NCBI RefSeq assembly: GCF_000025685.1
Contig: NC_013967.1
Span: 270,001 to 302,000 of the forward strand
DNA from: Haloferax volcanii DS2
Lineage (GTDB): Archaea; Halobacteriota; Halobacteria; Halobacteriales; Haloferacaceae
Direction of reading: 5' to 3'
Length of the DNA stretch: 32,000 nucleotides
Part shown: positions 8,421 through 18,858 of the stretch, in pieces
Position numbering within the stretch: position 1 is the stretch's first letter
Layout of the letters: the number at the start of each line of letters is the position of its first letter
Translations under genes and position numbers: made by a program
Notes under the pieces: generated by a model
What the model saw: the letters and a program-made list of their open reading frames with translations, nothing else
What the model was told of the DNA's origin: nothing
Database searches by the model: none

Positions 8421-8427
8421 TTATACA
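8421..8427 (+). promoter_or_regulatory. TATA-like box (TTATACA) for atpHI
   Basis: Centred about 34 nt upstream of the atpH ATG at 8458. Confidence 0.45.
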
Positions 8428-8457
8428 GCGCTTGTGCAACGTTCCTGTGATACGAGT

Positions 8458-8790
8458 ATGCCGAGACAAGAGGTTCTCGAACGAATCAAAACGGCCGAGC
8501 AGGAGGCCGACGACATCGTTGAAGAGGCCGAGGCCGAACGTGAGGAGCTCGTCGCGGAGGCGCGTGAGGAAGCCGATGAGATTCGCTCCGAGGCCGAAGA
8601 AGAGGCCGCAGAGCTCGAATCCGAGCGTCTTCAGGAGGGACGCGCGGACATAGAGACGGAGCGGGAACGCATCCTCGAAGAAGGCGAGGACGCCCGCGAC
8701 GAACTGGTTGCCGAGGCGGAAGACCACATCGACGACGCGGTCGAGTTCGCCATCGGCAAATTCGAGGAGGCGGTGGATGCTCAGACCTGA
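8458..8790 (+). CDS. atpH: A-type ATP synthase subunit H
   Basis: 110-aa Glu/Ala-rich coiled-coil (MPRQEVLERIKTAEQEADDIVEEAEAEREELV...), first gene of the atp cluster. ATG verified at 8458. The ORF-track extension from 8284 was rejected. Confidence 0.8.
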   Translation: MPRQEVLERIKTAEQEADDIVEEAEAEREELVAEAREEADEIRSEAEEEAAELESERLQEGRADIETERERILEEGEDARDELVAEAEDHIDDAVEFAIGKFEEAVDAQT

Positions 8791-10978
8791 GCAGATGAGC
8801 AAGGTCTCGGTGACCGGTTCCAAGGGCGTCATGCCCGAGGTCATCGAGACCGTCCACGACCTCCGACTGCTGCACGTCACCGAATACGACGGCTCGTGGC
8901 AGGAGGAGTTCGGATTCGAGACGGGGTCGCCCATCGAGGGCGCCGAGAGCGCGTCCGACAAGCTCGTCACCGTCCGCTCGCTCAAGAGCATCCTCGGGGT
9001 CGAAGACACCGACTCCGGCCGGCAGCGCATCGTCCCCGACGACGCGCTCGGCGAGCCCCTCGAAGAGATTCGAGCCGAAGTCAATGAACTGGACGACCGC
9101 CGCTCCGAGCTCGAAAACGAGCTCCGCGCGGTGGACGAAGAAATCGACGCGATGGAGCCGTTCGTCGACCTCGGACTCGACCTCGACCTGCTTTCGGGGT
9201 ACGAGACGCTGCAGGTCGTCGTCGGACAGGGGAAGGTCGAGCCCGTCGAGCGCGCCGTCGTCGACGCCGACGACATCAGCGCCTACGAGATTTTCTCGGG
9301 CGAGCGTACGCACGCCGTCTTCGGTCGGCCGGTCGACGGTGCCGACGAGATGGCGCTCGCCGACGCGCTGGTCGGCGTCGAGTTCGCCACGCTCGAAGTC
9401 CCGGACGCCTCGGGAAGCCCCGAAGAGCACATCCGCGACCTCGAACAGCAGAAGCGCGAAACCGAGTCGAAGCTCGAAACCGTCGAATCCGAGCTCCACG
9501 ACACCGCCGTCGAGGAGGGCGAGTTCCTCCTCGCCGCCGAAGAGCGACTCGCTATCGACGTCCAGAAGACGGAAGCGCCGCTTTCGTTCGCGACGACGGA
9601 GAACGCCTTCGTCGCCGAGGGCTGGATTCCGACGGAGCGCTACAACACGTTCGCGGGCACGCTCAAAGACGAGGTCGGCGAGCACGTCGCCGTCGAGGAG
9701 CTCGAACGCGCCGAGTTCTCGCGTGACGGACACGACCACGCGCGAGAGGACGTCACCGAGACCGGCGGCACGGCCGCCGTTACCGACGGCGGAACGGTCT
9801 CGATGTCCAACGACGACCCGCCGGTCGTCCAGAAGAACAGCGGCGCTGTCAAGCCGTTCGAAATCCTCGTGCAGGCGGTCAACCGCCCGAACTACCACGA
9901 GCTCGACCCGACCATCATCCTGTTCCTGACGTTCCCGACGTTCTTCGGGTTCATGATCGGTGACTTCGGGTACGGTGTCATCTACACCGCCATCGGCTTT
10001 TTCCTCTACTCGAAGTTCGAGGACGGTGCGCTCAAGAGCATGGGTGGCGTCACCCTCGCCGCGGGGCTGTTTACGACGTTGTTCGGCATCCTCTACGGCG
10101 AGATATTCGGCTTCCACCTCATCACCCAGTACTTCTGGGAAGGAATGCTCGGGCTGTCGCACCCGCCCATCGAGAAGGGGCTGTCGCCGGCCACCTCTGA
10201 GTGGGCCCTCGGTTGGCTCACCGTGAGCGTCGCCGTCGGTATCTTCCACATCAACGTGGGGTACATTCTCGACTTCTTCGAGAACTACGAACTCCACGGC
10301 GCGAAGGAGGCGGTCCTCGAAAGCGGTTCGTGGATCCTCATGTTGAACGGCCTGTGGATCTGGATCTTCAGCGACGCGCTCGGTGGCGTCCCGCCGGAGT
10401 TCCTGTTCACCACGTTCGCGGCCGACGGGCTCATCCCGCTCGGCTTCTCCGGCTTCTCGTTCACCGTCGGCTGGATCGGCCTCGGGCTGTACTTCCTCGG
10501 CGCGGGGCTGCTCGGGACGGCCGAACTGGCCGAACTCGTCGAGTTCGCCGCCCCGCTTTCGAACGTCCTGTCGTACACGCGTCTCGGCGCGGTCCTCATC
10601 GCGAAGGCGTCGATGGCGTTCGCCGTCAACCTGCTCGTCTTCGGCGTGTACGTCGACGACCACGGCGGCTGGCACTTCGGGCTCGGCGGAATGCCCGACG
10701 CTGCTGCACTCGAAGCGGCAGGAACGGTGAGCTATCACGGCCACGAAGTGACCGAGATTCTGTTCGGTGGCATCTTCCACACGGGTGCCGCGGGCGTCGT
10801 GGGCGGACTGCTCGTCCTCGTCGTCGGTCACCTGGTCGTCCTCGCGCTCGGCGTCACGAGCGCCGGCTTGCAGGCCGTGCGTCTCGAGTACGTCGAGTTC
10901 TTCAACAAGTTCTTCGAGGGCGGCGGCCGCGCGTACAACCCGTTCGGCTACGACCGCGAGTTCACGACCGAAGACTAA
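8777..10978 (+). CDS. atpI: A-type ATP synthase subunit I (membrane stator, a-subunit homologue)
   Basis: MLRPEQMSKVSVTG N-terminus, a long soluble coiled-coil half, then multiple TM helices including the conserved LSYTRLGAVLIAK arginine region. ATG 8777 overlaps the atpH end by 14 nt. Confidence 0.88.
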   Translation: MLRPEQMSKVSVTGSKGVMPEVIETVHDLRLLHVTEYDGSWQEEFGFETGSPIEGAESASDKLVTVRSLKSILGVEDTDSGRQRIVPDDALGEPLEEIRAEVNELDDRRSELENELRAVDEEIDAMEPFVDLGLDLDLLSGYETLQVVVGQGKVEPVERAVVDADDISAYEIFSGERTHAVFGRPVDGADEMALADALVGVEFATLEVPDASGSPEEHIRDLEQQKRETESKLETVESELHDTAVEEGEFLLAAEERLAIDVQKTEAPLSFATTENAFVAEGWIPTERYNTFAGTLKDEVGEHVAVEELERAEFSRDGHDHAREDVTETGGTAAVTDGGTVSMSNDDPPVVQKNSGAVKPFEILVQAVNRPNYHELDPTIILFLTFPTFFGFMIGDFGYGVIYTAIGFFLYSKFEDGALKSMGGVTLAAGLFTTLFGILYGEIFGFHLITQYFWEGMLGLSHPPIEKGLSPATSEWALGWLTVSVAVGIFHINVGYILDFFENYELHGAKEAVLESGSWILMLNGLWIWIFSDALGGVPPEFLFTTFAADGLIPLGFSGFSFTVGWIGLGLYFLGAGLLGTAELAELVEFAAPLSNVLSYTRLGAVLIAKASMAFAVNLLVFGVYVDDHGGWHFGLGGMPDAAALEAAGTVSYHGHEVTEILFGGIFHTGAAGVVGGLLVLVVGHLVVLALGVTSAGLQAVRLEYVEFFNKFFEGGGRAYNPFGYDREFTTED

Positions 10979-10994
10979 CCCTCATCGTCGATTC

Positions 10995-11040
10995 TTTTTT
11001 GACTTTTGTCCGCTCGGAGCGACTGCTTTTTGCAATGACG
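10995..11040 (+). terminator. Cluster of T-runs (T6, T4, T5) downstream of atpI
   Basis: attcTTTTTTgacTTTTgtccgctcggagcgactgcTTTTTgc. Oligo-T tracts are archaeal termination signals. A small CGCTC/GAGCG inverted repeat lies between them. Confidence 0.4.
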
Positions 11041-11086
11041 ACGATTCCGCCGCCGTAGGCAGACCGCTCCAGACGTTTTGGGAACC

Positions 11087-11095
11087 TTTATGATA
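11087..11095 (+). promoter_or_regulatory. TATA-like box (TTTATGATA) for atpKECFAB
   Basis: AT-rich element about 62 nt upstream of the atpK ATG at 11153, implying a 5' UTR of about 35 nt. Confidence 0.35.
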
Positions 11096-11152
11096 CGGCT
11101 AACAGCACATACGGACGTTCGGAGACGACAATCCGGTACTCAGGAACACACA

Positions 11153-11410
11153 ATGATTGAAGCAATCGAACCCCTCATGACTGCACTGCAGAGTGAAGCC
11201 GCTTCCTCGCCCGCTATCACCGCCGACGCCGCGGCGGCCCTCTCCGTCGGTATCGCCGCCTTCGCCGCAGGCTATGCGGAGCGTGGCATCGGCTCCGCCG
11301 CGATGGGTGCCATCGCGGAAGACGACGACCTCTTCGTCAACGGGCTGGTCCTTACGGTTCTCCCCGAGACCCTCGTCATCCTCGCACTGGTCGTTGTCTT
11401 CGCGGCCTAA
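11153..11410 (+). CDS. atpK: A-type ATP synthase subunit K (proteolipid c-ring subunit)
   Basis: 85-aa two-helix hydrophobic protein with a GYAERGIGSAAMGAI loop region and the ion-binding Glu in VLPETLVILALVVVF. ATG verified at 11153. Confidence 0.88.
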   Translation: MIEAIEPLMTALQSEAASSPAITADAAAALSVGIAAFAAGYAERGIGSAAMGAIAEDDDLFVNGLVLTVLPETLVILALVVVFAA

Positions 11411-11431
11411 GCACCCTCTCTCTTTCCCATT

Positions 11432-12016
11432 ATGAGTTTGGACAACGTCGTTGAGGACATCCGAGACGAAGCCCGCGCACGCGCAGAGGACATCAGGCAG
11501 GACGGCCAGGAACAGGCAGACGAGATCGTCGCCGAGGCCGAGGCCGACGCCGAAGAGCTCCTCGAATCGCGGAAGGCGGACGTCGAGCAACAACTCGAAC
11601 GGGAGCGCGAACAGGCGCTCTCCAGCGCGAAGCTCGAAGCCAAGCAGGCCCGACTCAGCGCCCGTCGAGACGTGCTCCAGCGCGTCCGCGAGCAGGTCGA
11701 ACGCGAGCTCGCCGAGCTGGAAGGCGACCGTCGCGAAGAGCTCACCCGCTCGCTGCTCGACGCGGCGGCGGTCGAGTTCGAAGACGCAGACGAAGTCTCC
11801 GTCTACGGCCGCGCCGATGACGAGGAGTTGCTTTCGAGCATCCTCGAAGACTACGACGGCTACGAGTTCGCCGGCGAGCGCGACTGCCTCGGTGGCGTCG
11901 TGGTCGAGGGGTCGAACTCGCGCGTCCGGGTGAACAACACCTTCGACTCGGTCCTCGACACAGTCTGGGAGGACAACCTGAAGGAAGTGAGCGCGCGACT
12001 GTTCGACGACCAATGA
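11432..12016 (+). CDS. atpE: A-type ATP synthase subunit E
   Basis: MSLDNVVEDIRDEARARAEDI followed by a long charged helix and a C-terminal globular part. Position in the cluster fits. ATGA overlap with atpC. Confidence 0.88.
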   Translation: MSLDNVVEDIRDEARARAEDIRQDGQEQADEIVAEAEADAEELLESRKADVEQQLEREREQALSSAKLEAKQARLSARRDVLQRVREQVERELAELEGDRREELTRSLLDAAAVEFEDADEVSVYGRADDEELLSSILEDYDGYEFAGERDCLGGVVVEGSNSRVRVNNTFDSVLDTVWEDNLKEVSARLFDDQ

Positions 12017-13059
12017 GCACTACCGGCGGCTCGAATCCCGAATACGTCATCGCTCGCGTTCGAGCGCGACGTAGTGCCCTGTTCGGCGACGAGGAGTACC
12101 GCAAACTGGTCCGCATGGGACCGGCCGAAATCGCCCGGTTCATGGAGGAATCGGAGTACGAGGCCGAGGTCAACGCGCTGGGCAGCCGTTTTTCCGGCGT
12201 CGACCTCATCGAGTACGCGCTGAACCAGAATCTGGCGAAGCAGTTCAACGATATCCTCGACTGGGCAGACGGCCGCCTCTACGACCTCATCGCGCGGTAT
12301 CTCCGCAAGTTCGACGCGTGGAACGTGAAGACGGTTATCCGCGGTCTCTACTCCGGTGCGTCCCGCGAGGAGGTCGAATCCGACCTCATCCGCGCCGGCG
12401 AGTTCGACGACCGCCTCATCTCGCGACTGCTCGACGCGGGCGAGATAGAAGAGGTCGTCAGCGTCCTCTCCGGCACCATCTTCGGTGACGGCCTCGCGGC
12501 CGCCTACGAGGAGTACGAGGAAGTCGGCGTCCTCGTCCCGCTGGAGAACGCGGTTGACCGCGCCTTCTACGAGCAGTTGCTCGACGACCTGGTCGTCGGC
12601 GAAGAGGCAAAGCAGTACCGCGAGTTCCTCGAAGCCGAAATCGACTTCCGAAACGCCCGCAACGCGCTCCGCATCGCTCGCAGCGGTGCCGACCTCGACC
12701 CCGTCGACTACTTCATCGAGGGCGGCACGCTGTTCCGCGCGACGGAGCTCGCGTCGCTGGCGACCAGCCCGGACGAGCTGGTGTCGAAAATTCGTGACAG
12801 CCGATACGGCGACCGCCTCTCGGCGGCCCTTTCGGACCTCGAAGCGGCAGACAGCCTCATCGGCTTCGAGCGCGCCCTCGACGCGGCGCTCTTGGAGTAC
12901 GCGGACACGCTCGGTTACGTGTTCCCGCTTTCTGTCACGCCAATCGTCTCGTACATCCTCGCCAAGGAGCGCGAGGTCGACAACATCCGGGCCATCGCCC
13001 GCGGCCGCGAAGCCGGGCTGGACCCCGATGCAATAGAAGCGGAGCTGGTCATCCTATGA
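12013..13059 (+). CDS. atpC: A-type ATP synthase subunit C
   Basis: 348 aa, begins NPEYVIARVRARRSALF, cluster position after atpE. ATGA overlaps at both ends. Confidence 0.88.
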   Translation: MSTTGGSNPEYVIARVRARRSALFGDEEYRKLVRMGPAEIARFMEESEYEAEVNALGSRFSGVDLIEYALNQNLAKQFNDILDWADGRLYDLIARYLRKFDAWNVKTVIRGLYSGASREEVESDLIRAGEFDDRLISRLLDAGEIEEVVSVLSGTIFGDGLAAAYEEYEEVGVLVPLENAVDRAFYEQLLDDLVVGEEAKQYREFLEAEIDFRNARNALRIARSGADLDPVDYFIEGGTLFRATELASLATSPDELVSKIRDSRYGDRLSAALSDLEAADSLIGFERALDAALLEYADTLGYVFPLSVTPIVSYILAKEREVDNIRAIARGREAGLDPDAIEAELVIL

Positions 13060-13376
13060 GCCAGGAAATCGCAGTTATCGGCAGTCCGGACTTCACCACG
13101 GGCTTTCGGCTTGCGGGCGTCCGCAAGTTCGAGAACGTCCCGGACGAAGCGAAGGACGACGAACTCGACGAGGCCGTGACGCGGACGCTGGAGGACGAGG
13201 ATGTCGGCATCATCGTGATGCACGAAGACGACCTCGACCACCTCTCGCGTAACGCCCGGCAGTCGGTCGAGCGCAGCATCGAGCCGACGCTCGTGACGCT
13301 CGGCGGCTCCGGCGGCGCGAGTGGCCTCCGTGACCAGATCAAGAGAGCAATCGGTATCGATCTGATGGACGAATAA
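13056..13376 (+). CDS. atpF: A-type ATP synthase subunit F
   Basis: 106 aa, begins IAVIGSPDFTTGFRLAGV, cluster position before atpA. Confidence 0.88.
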   Translation: MSQEIAVIGSPDFTTGFRLAGVRKFENVPDEAKDDELDEAVTRTLEDEDVGIIVMHEDDLDHLSRNARQSVERSIEPTLVTLGGSGGASGLRDQIKRAIGIDLMDE

Positions 13377-13382
13377 CCAAAC

Positions 13383-15143
13383 ATGAGTCAGGCAACACAA
13401 GATTCCGTTCGCGAGGACGGTGTCATCGCAAGCGTGAGTGGTCCGGTCGTGACCGCCCGTGGCCTCGACGCCCGCATGAACGACGTCGTCTACGTCGGCG
13501 ACGAAGGGCTGATGGGCGAGGTCATCGAAATCGAGGGCGACCTCACGACTATTCAGGTGTACGAAGAGACCTCCGGCGTCGGTCCCGGCGAACCCGTCGA
13601 GAGTACGGGCGAACCGCTGACCGTCGACCTCGGTCCGGGGATGATGGACGCCATCTACGACGGCGTCCAGCGTCCGCTGGACGTGCTGGAGTCGAAGATG
13701 GACTCGGCGTTCCTCGACCGCGGTGTCGACGCGCCGGGCATCGACCTCGACGAGAAGTGGGAGTTCGAACCCACCGTCTCCGAGGGCGACGAGGTCGCCC
13801 CCGGCGACGTCGTCGGGACGGTCCCCGAGACCGTGACCATCGAGCACAAGGTCATGGTCCCGCCGGACTTCGGGGGCGGCGAGGTCGTCGCCGTCGAGGA
13901 AGGCGAGTTCTCCGTCACCGAGGCGGTCGTCGAACTCGACAGCGGCGAGGAGATTACGATGCACCAGGAGTGGCCGGTGCGTCAGGCTCGCCCCGCCGCG
14001 GAGAAGAAGACTCCGCGCGAACCGCTCGTCTCGGGGCAGCGCATCCTCGACGGCCTGTTCCCCATCGCGAAGGGTGGAACGGCAGCGATTCCGGGGCCGT
14101 TCGGCTCCGGGAAGACGGTCACGCAGCACCAGCTCGCCAAGTGGGCCGACGCGGACATCGTCGTCTACGTCGGCTGCGGCGAGCGCGGTAACGAAATGAC
14201 CGAGGTTATCGAGGACTTCCCGGAACTCGACGACCCGAAGACGGGTAACCCGCTCATGGCTCGGACGTGCCTCATCGCGAACACGTCCAACATGCCCGTG
14301 GCGGCCCGCGAGTCCTGTATCTACACCGGCATCACCATCGCGGAGTACTACCGCGACATGGGATACGACGTTGCGCTCATGGCCGACTCCACCTCTCGGT
14401 GGGCAGAGGCCATGCGCGAGATTTCGTCGCGCCTCGAAGAGATGCCCGGCGAAGAGGGGTACCCCGCGTACCTCGCCGCGCGTCTCTCCGAGTTCTACGA
14501 GCGCGCCGGCTACTTCACGACCGTCAACGGCGAGGAAGGCTCCGTCTCCGTCATCGGCGCGGTTTCGCCGCCGGGCGGCGACTTCTCCGAGCCGGTCACG
14601 CAGAACACTCTGCGTATCGTCAAGACGTTCTGGGCGCTCGACGCGGACCTCGCAGAGCGTCGTCACTTCCCGGCCATCAACTGGAACGAGTCGTACTCGC
14701 TCTACCAAGAGCAGCTCGACCCGTGGTTCGTCGAGAACGTCGAGGACGACTGGGCCGAAGAGCGCCAGTGGGCCGTCGACGTGCTCGACGAGGAGAACGA
14801 ACTGCAGGAAATCGTTCAGCTCGTCGGTAAGGACGCCCTCCCGGAGGACCAGCAGCTGACCCTCGAAATCGCTCGCTACCTCCGCGAGGCGTACCTCCAG
14901 CAGAACGCGTTCCACCCGACGGACACGTACTGCTCCCCCGAGAAGACGTACGGAATCCTCACCGCCATCCACGCGTTCAACGACGAGGCGTTCAAGGCGC
15001 TCGAAGCCGGCGTCCCCGTCGAAGAGATTCAGGCCATCGAGGCGGCTCCCCGGCTGAACCGCATCGGTGTGCAGGAAGACTGGGAGGCGTACATCGAGGA
15101 CCTCAAAGCAGAAATCACCGAGCAGCTCCGCGAGCTGTACTGA
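13383..15143 (+). CDS. atpA: A-type ATP synthase catalytic subunit A
   Basis: Walker A is GPFGSGKTV. Also [17 protein letters not shown] and [11 protein letters not shown]. 586 aa, so no intein insertion. Confidence 0.97.
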   Translation: MSQATQDSVREDGVIASVSGPVVTARGLDARMNDVVYVGDEGLMGEVIEIEGDLTTIQVYEETSGVGPGEPVESTGEPLTVDLGPGMMDAIYDGVQRPLDVLESKMDSAFLDRGVDAPGIDLDEKWEFEPTVSEGDEVAPGDVVGTVPETVTIEHKVMVPPDFGGGEVVAVEEGEFSVTEAVVELDSGEEITMHQEWPVRQARPAAEKKTPREPLVSGQRILDGLFPIAKGGTAAIPGPFGSGKTVTQHQLAKWADADIVVYVGCGERGNEMTEVIEDFPELDDPKTGNPLMARTCLIANTSNMPVAARESCIYTGITIAEYYRDMGYDVALMADSTSRWAEAMREISSRLEEMPGEEGYPAYLAARLSEFYERAGYFTTVNGEEGSVSVIGAVSPPGGDFSEPVTQNTLRIVKTFWALDADLAERRHFPAINWNESYSLYQEQLDPWFVENVEDDWAEERQWAVDVLDEENELQEIVQLVGKDALPEDQQLTLEIARYLREAYLQQNAFHPTDTYCSPEKTYGILTAIHAFNDEAFKALEAGVPVEEIQAIEAAPRLNRIGVQEDWEAYIEDLKAEITEQLRELY

Positions 15144-15147
15144 GACC

Positions 15148-16554
<1,407 letters not shown>

Positions 16555-16683
16555 ACCGCGGCGAACGCCCCGTTCGTCCCTCGGTTCGATTCTCCTCTTC
16601 TATTCGCGCCACTCGCCTCCCGAGCCGCGCGGCCGCGCGTCGCCCGCGAGAACTTCCTTACGTCTCGGCCACGACGACTCCGC

Positions 16684-18660
16684 ATGGACGCCACCTCGTC
16701 TCCCACCCGCGTCCTCGCGGTCGTCGGTCCCGCCGTCGACCGGGAGCGACTCGTGGACGTGCTCTCGCCGCTTTCGGTGTCGGTCGCCCCCTCGGTCGAC
16801 GCGGCCGGCCGGCGCGCCGAGGCCGAATCGGTCGACTGCGTCGTGCTCGGAACCGACCGCCTCGCCCACGTGAACGCGGTCCACGGTGCGCTCGCGGTCC
16901 CGCTGGTCGTCGTCGTCCCGCCCGACGGCGACCTCTCGGCGGCGACCGCCCGCGACGCGGGCGCGGCCGACGTGGTCCCGGTCGTCGACTCGAACCTCTT
17001 CGAACGGCTTCCAGAACGGGTCGAAAGCGCCGTCGCGTGGCGTCGCCGCGGCGCGGCGGCCGCGAGCAAGATTACGGAGGACCTGAAAGAACAGGCGATA
17101 GACGAGGCTCCGGTCGGTATCACCGTCGCGGACTGCTCGCTGCCCGACCGACCGCTCGTCTACGTCAACGAGGCGTTCGAGACGATGACCGGCTACTCGG
17201 CCGACGCGGCGCTGGGGCGAAACTGCCGATACCTTCAGGGACCGAACACCGACCCCGAGCGGGTCGCCGAACTCCGCCGCGCCATCGAGGCCGAAGAGTC
17301 GGCGTCGGTCGAACTGCTGAACTACCGCGCGAACGGCGAGACGTTCTGGAATCGGGTCGACGTCGCGCCGCTGAGCGGGTCGGACGGTGAGGTGACGCAC
17401 TACGTCGGCTTCCAGACGGACATCACCGAGCGCGTGCGCGCAGAGGCGGCCGCCGAGCGGTACGCCGCTCGAGTCGACGAGGAGCGCGCGCGCCTCCAGA
17501 CGCTCGTCGAGCACATCGAGGGGTTGTTGGCGGACGTGACGAGCGCGCTCGTCCGCGCCGAGAGCAGACAGGAACTCGAAGCGGCCGTCTGCGACCGCGT
17601 CACCGCCGCGGGGTCGTTCGACTGCGCGTGGGTCGGCCACTGCGACCTCTCGCCGGCGGTCATCGTTCCAAACGAGCGGGCCGGAACGGACACGGAGTTC
17701 CTCGACGGCCTCGAAATCAGTCGGTCGAATCCCGACGACCCCACGGCTCGCGCCGCGGAGACGCGGACCGTCCAGTCGGCGGACGTCGGCGACGGGAGCG
17801 TCTCCGCCGAGACGCTCGTCCCGTTCGGCTCCGTCATCGCGGTCCCGCTGGTCCACAGCGGGACGCTGTACGGCGTCCTGACGGTCTACACCGACGTCGC
17901 GGAACTCGACGACCAAGTCCGGGTGGTGTTCGGGACGCTCGGCAGGGCGGTCGGCGCGGCCATCGACGCCTTCGAGAGCCGGCGGTCCCTGCTGTCCGAC
18001 GAGCGGCTCGAACTCGAACTCGAGGTGCGCGACGAGACCCAGCCGTTGGTCCGACTCGCCGTCGCGGGCGACTGCGAACTCTCGTATCGCGGTTCGGCCC
18101 AACACGACGACGGGACCGTGAGTCTGTTCGTCTCGACGCACCCCGCGACCGAGTTCGGGGAAGCCGACACCGACCTCGACGGCCTTCGAAGCGTCGACGT
18201 TCTCCCCCGCGGCGACGACGCGGAACTCTACGAGCTCACCTTCGACGACGGGTCGCTCCTTCACCTCGTCGCCGACGCGGGTGGGCGGCTCGTCGACCTC
18301 GAAGTAGACCGCCTCGGCTGTCGGCTCACGGTCATCATTTCCGACCGCGTGGCGGGCCGGGCGCTCCTCGACGACTTGCAGACGGTCGCGGCGAACGCCG
18401 AACTCCGCTCCGTCACGAATCGGTCGGAACCGCCGGAGGCGCGCCGCGAGTTCGTCGCGAGCGTCACCGACGACTTCACCGACCGACAGCAGTCGGCCCT
18501 CCAACTCGCCTACCTCGGCGGCTACTTCGAGTGGCCCCACGCCGTCACCGGCGAGGAACTCGCGGAGACGACGGGCGTCTCGCGGGCGACGTTCCACCAG
18601 CACCTGCACGCCGCGGAGCGCAAACTCATCTCCCGATTTTTCGACAGCAACCCATACTAG
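16684..18660 (+). CDS. Bat-type one-component regulator: degenerate receiver-like domain, LOV (PAS) domain, GAF domain, BAT-like region, C-terminal HTH_10
   Basis: LOV core is ITVADCSLPDRPLVYVNEAFETMTGYSADAALGRNCRYLQGPNTD...LLNYRANGETFWN...HYVGFQTDIT (about nt 17086-17433), with the adduct Cys codon TGC at 17224-17226. GAF-like segment about nt 17521-17973. HTH_10 is LTDRQQSALQLAYLGGYFEWPHAVTGEELAETTGVSRATFHQHLHAAERKL (about nt 18475-18639). Confidence 0.85.
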   Translation: MDATSSPTRVLAVVGPAVDRERLVDVLSPLSVSVAPSVDAAGRRAEAESVDCVVLGTDRLAHVNAVHGALAVPLVVVVPPDGDLSAATARDAGAADVVPVVDSNLFERLPERVESAVAWRRRGAAAASKITEDLKEQAIDEAPVGITVADCSLPDRPLVYVNEAFETMTGYSADAALGRNCRYLQGPNTDPERVAELRRAIEAEESASVELLNYRANGETFWNRVDVAPLSGSDGEVTHYVGFQTDITERVRAEAAAERYAARVDEERARLQTLVEHIEGLLADVTSALVRAESRQELEAAVCDRVTAAGSFDCAWVGHCDLSPAVIVPNERAGTDTEFLDGLEISRSNPDDPTARAAETRTVQSADVGDGSVSAETLVPFGSVIAVPLVHSGTLYGVLTVYTDVAELDDQVRVVFGTLGRAVGAAIDAFESRRSLLSDERLELELEVRDETQPLVRLAVAGDCELSYRGSAQHDDGTVSLFVSTHPATEFGEADTDLDGLRSVDVLPRGDDAELYELTFDDGSLLHLVADAGGRLVDLEVDRLGCRLTVIISDRVAGRALLDDLQTVAANAELRSVTNRSEPPEARREFVASVTDDFTDRQQSALQLAYLGGYFEWPHAVTGEELAETTGVSRATFHQHLHAAERKLISRFFDSNPY

Positions 18661-18674
18661 TCGGGCGGCTCCGG

Positions 18675-18680
18675 TTTTTT
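18675..18680 (+). terminator. T6 run 15 nt after the stop of the LOV regulator
   Basis: The sequence is ggctccggTTTTTTgacgg. An oligo-T tract acts as an archaeal terminator. Confidence 0.4.
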
Positions 18681-18732
18681 GACGGTCGCTCAACGGCTAC
18701 CGCCTCCGGTGCGCCGACTTCAGCACCCGTGG

Positions 18733-18769
18733 CGACCTGCGGACTGAATCGCGGTCTCGACCTGCGGAC
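18733..18769. repeat. Perfect 12-nt direct repeat CGACCTGCGGAC x2 (period 25) upstream of atpD
   Basis: Copies at 18733-18744 and 18758-18769, 90-126 nt upstream of the atpD ATG. Confidence 0.6.
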
Positions 18770-18818
18770 GTGACACTTCCAAGCACGCCCGATTTCGCCC
18801 GGTCCGGCCGGCCAGACA

Positions 18819-18830
18819 GTAAAAGATTAA
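18819..18830 (+). promoter_or_regulatory. TATA-like box (GTAAAAGATTAA) for atpD
   Basis: The only AT-rich element in the spacer, centred about 34 nt upstream of ATG 18859. Confidence 0.45.
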
Positions 18831-18858
18831 CACCCCAGGCGAACAACCCCCGGCAACG

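Noticed and set aside
8486-10831. 781-aa antisense ORF opposite atpI. Similar long antisense or off-frame ORFs lie opposite atpA (12915..15170), the LOV regulator (16600..18693), argS (23617..25227), aRF1 (20446..21264), etfA/etfB (2492..3586, 3511..4479) and others.
   Set aside because: These are shadow ORFs typical of high-GC DNA. They are Arg/Gly/His-rich and basic in an organism whose real proteins are strongly acidic. They carry no motifs and lie opposite genes with unambiguous family signatures.
13383-15143. Checked atpA for an intein or other insertion, as some archaeal A subunits carry one.
   Set aside because: The 586-aa length is normal for an intein-free subunit and the catalytic motifs are contiguous. 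No Cys/Ser-...-HN splice-junction block was seen.
18661-18858. Looked for tRNA or other small RNA genes in this and the other longer spacers (10979-11152, 25201-25412, 25566-25997).
   Set aside because: No cloverleaf-compatible arms and no GTTCGAATC-like T-loop were seen by eye. The call is limited by the lack of a covariance-model search.
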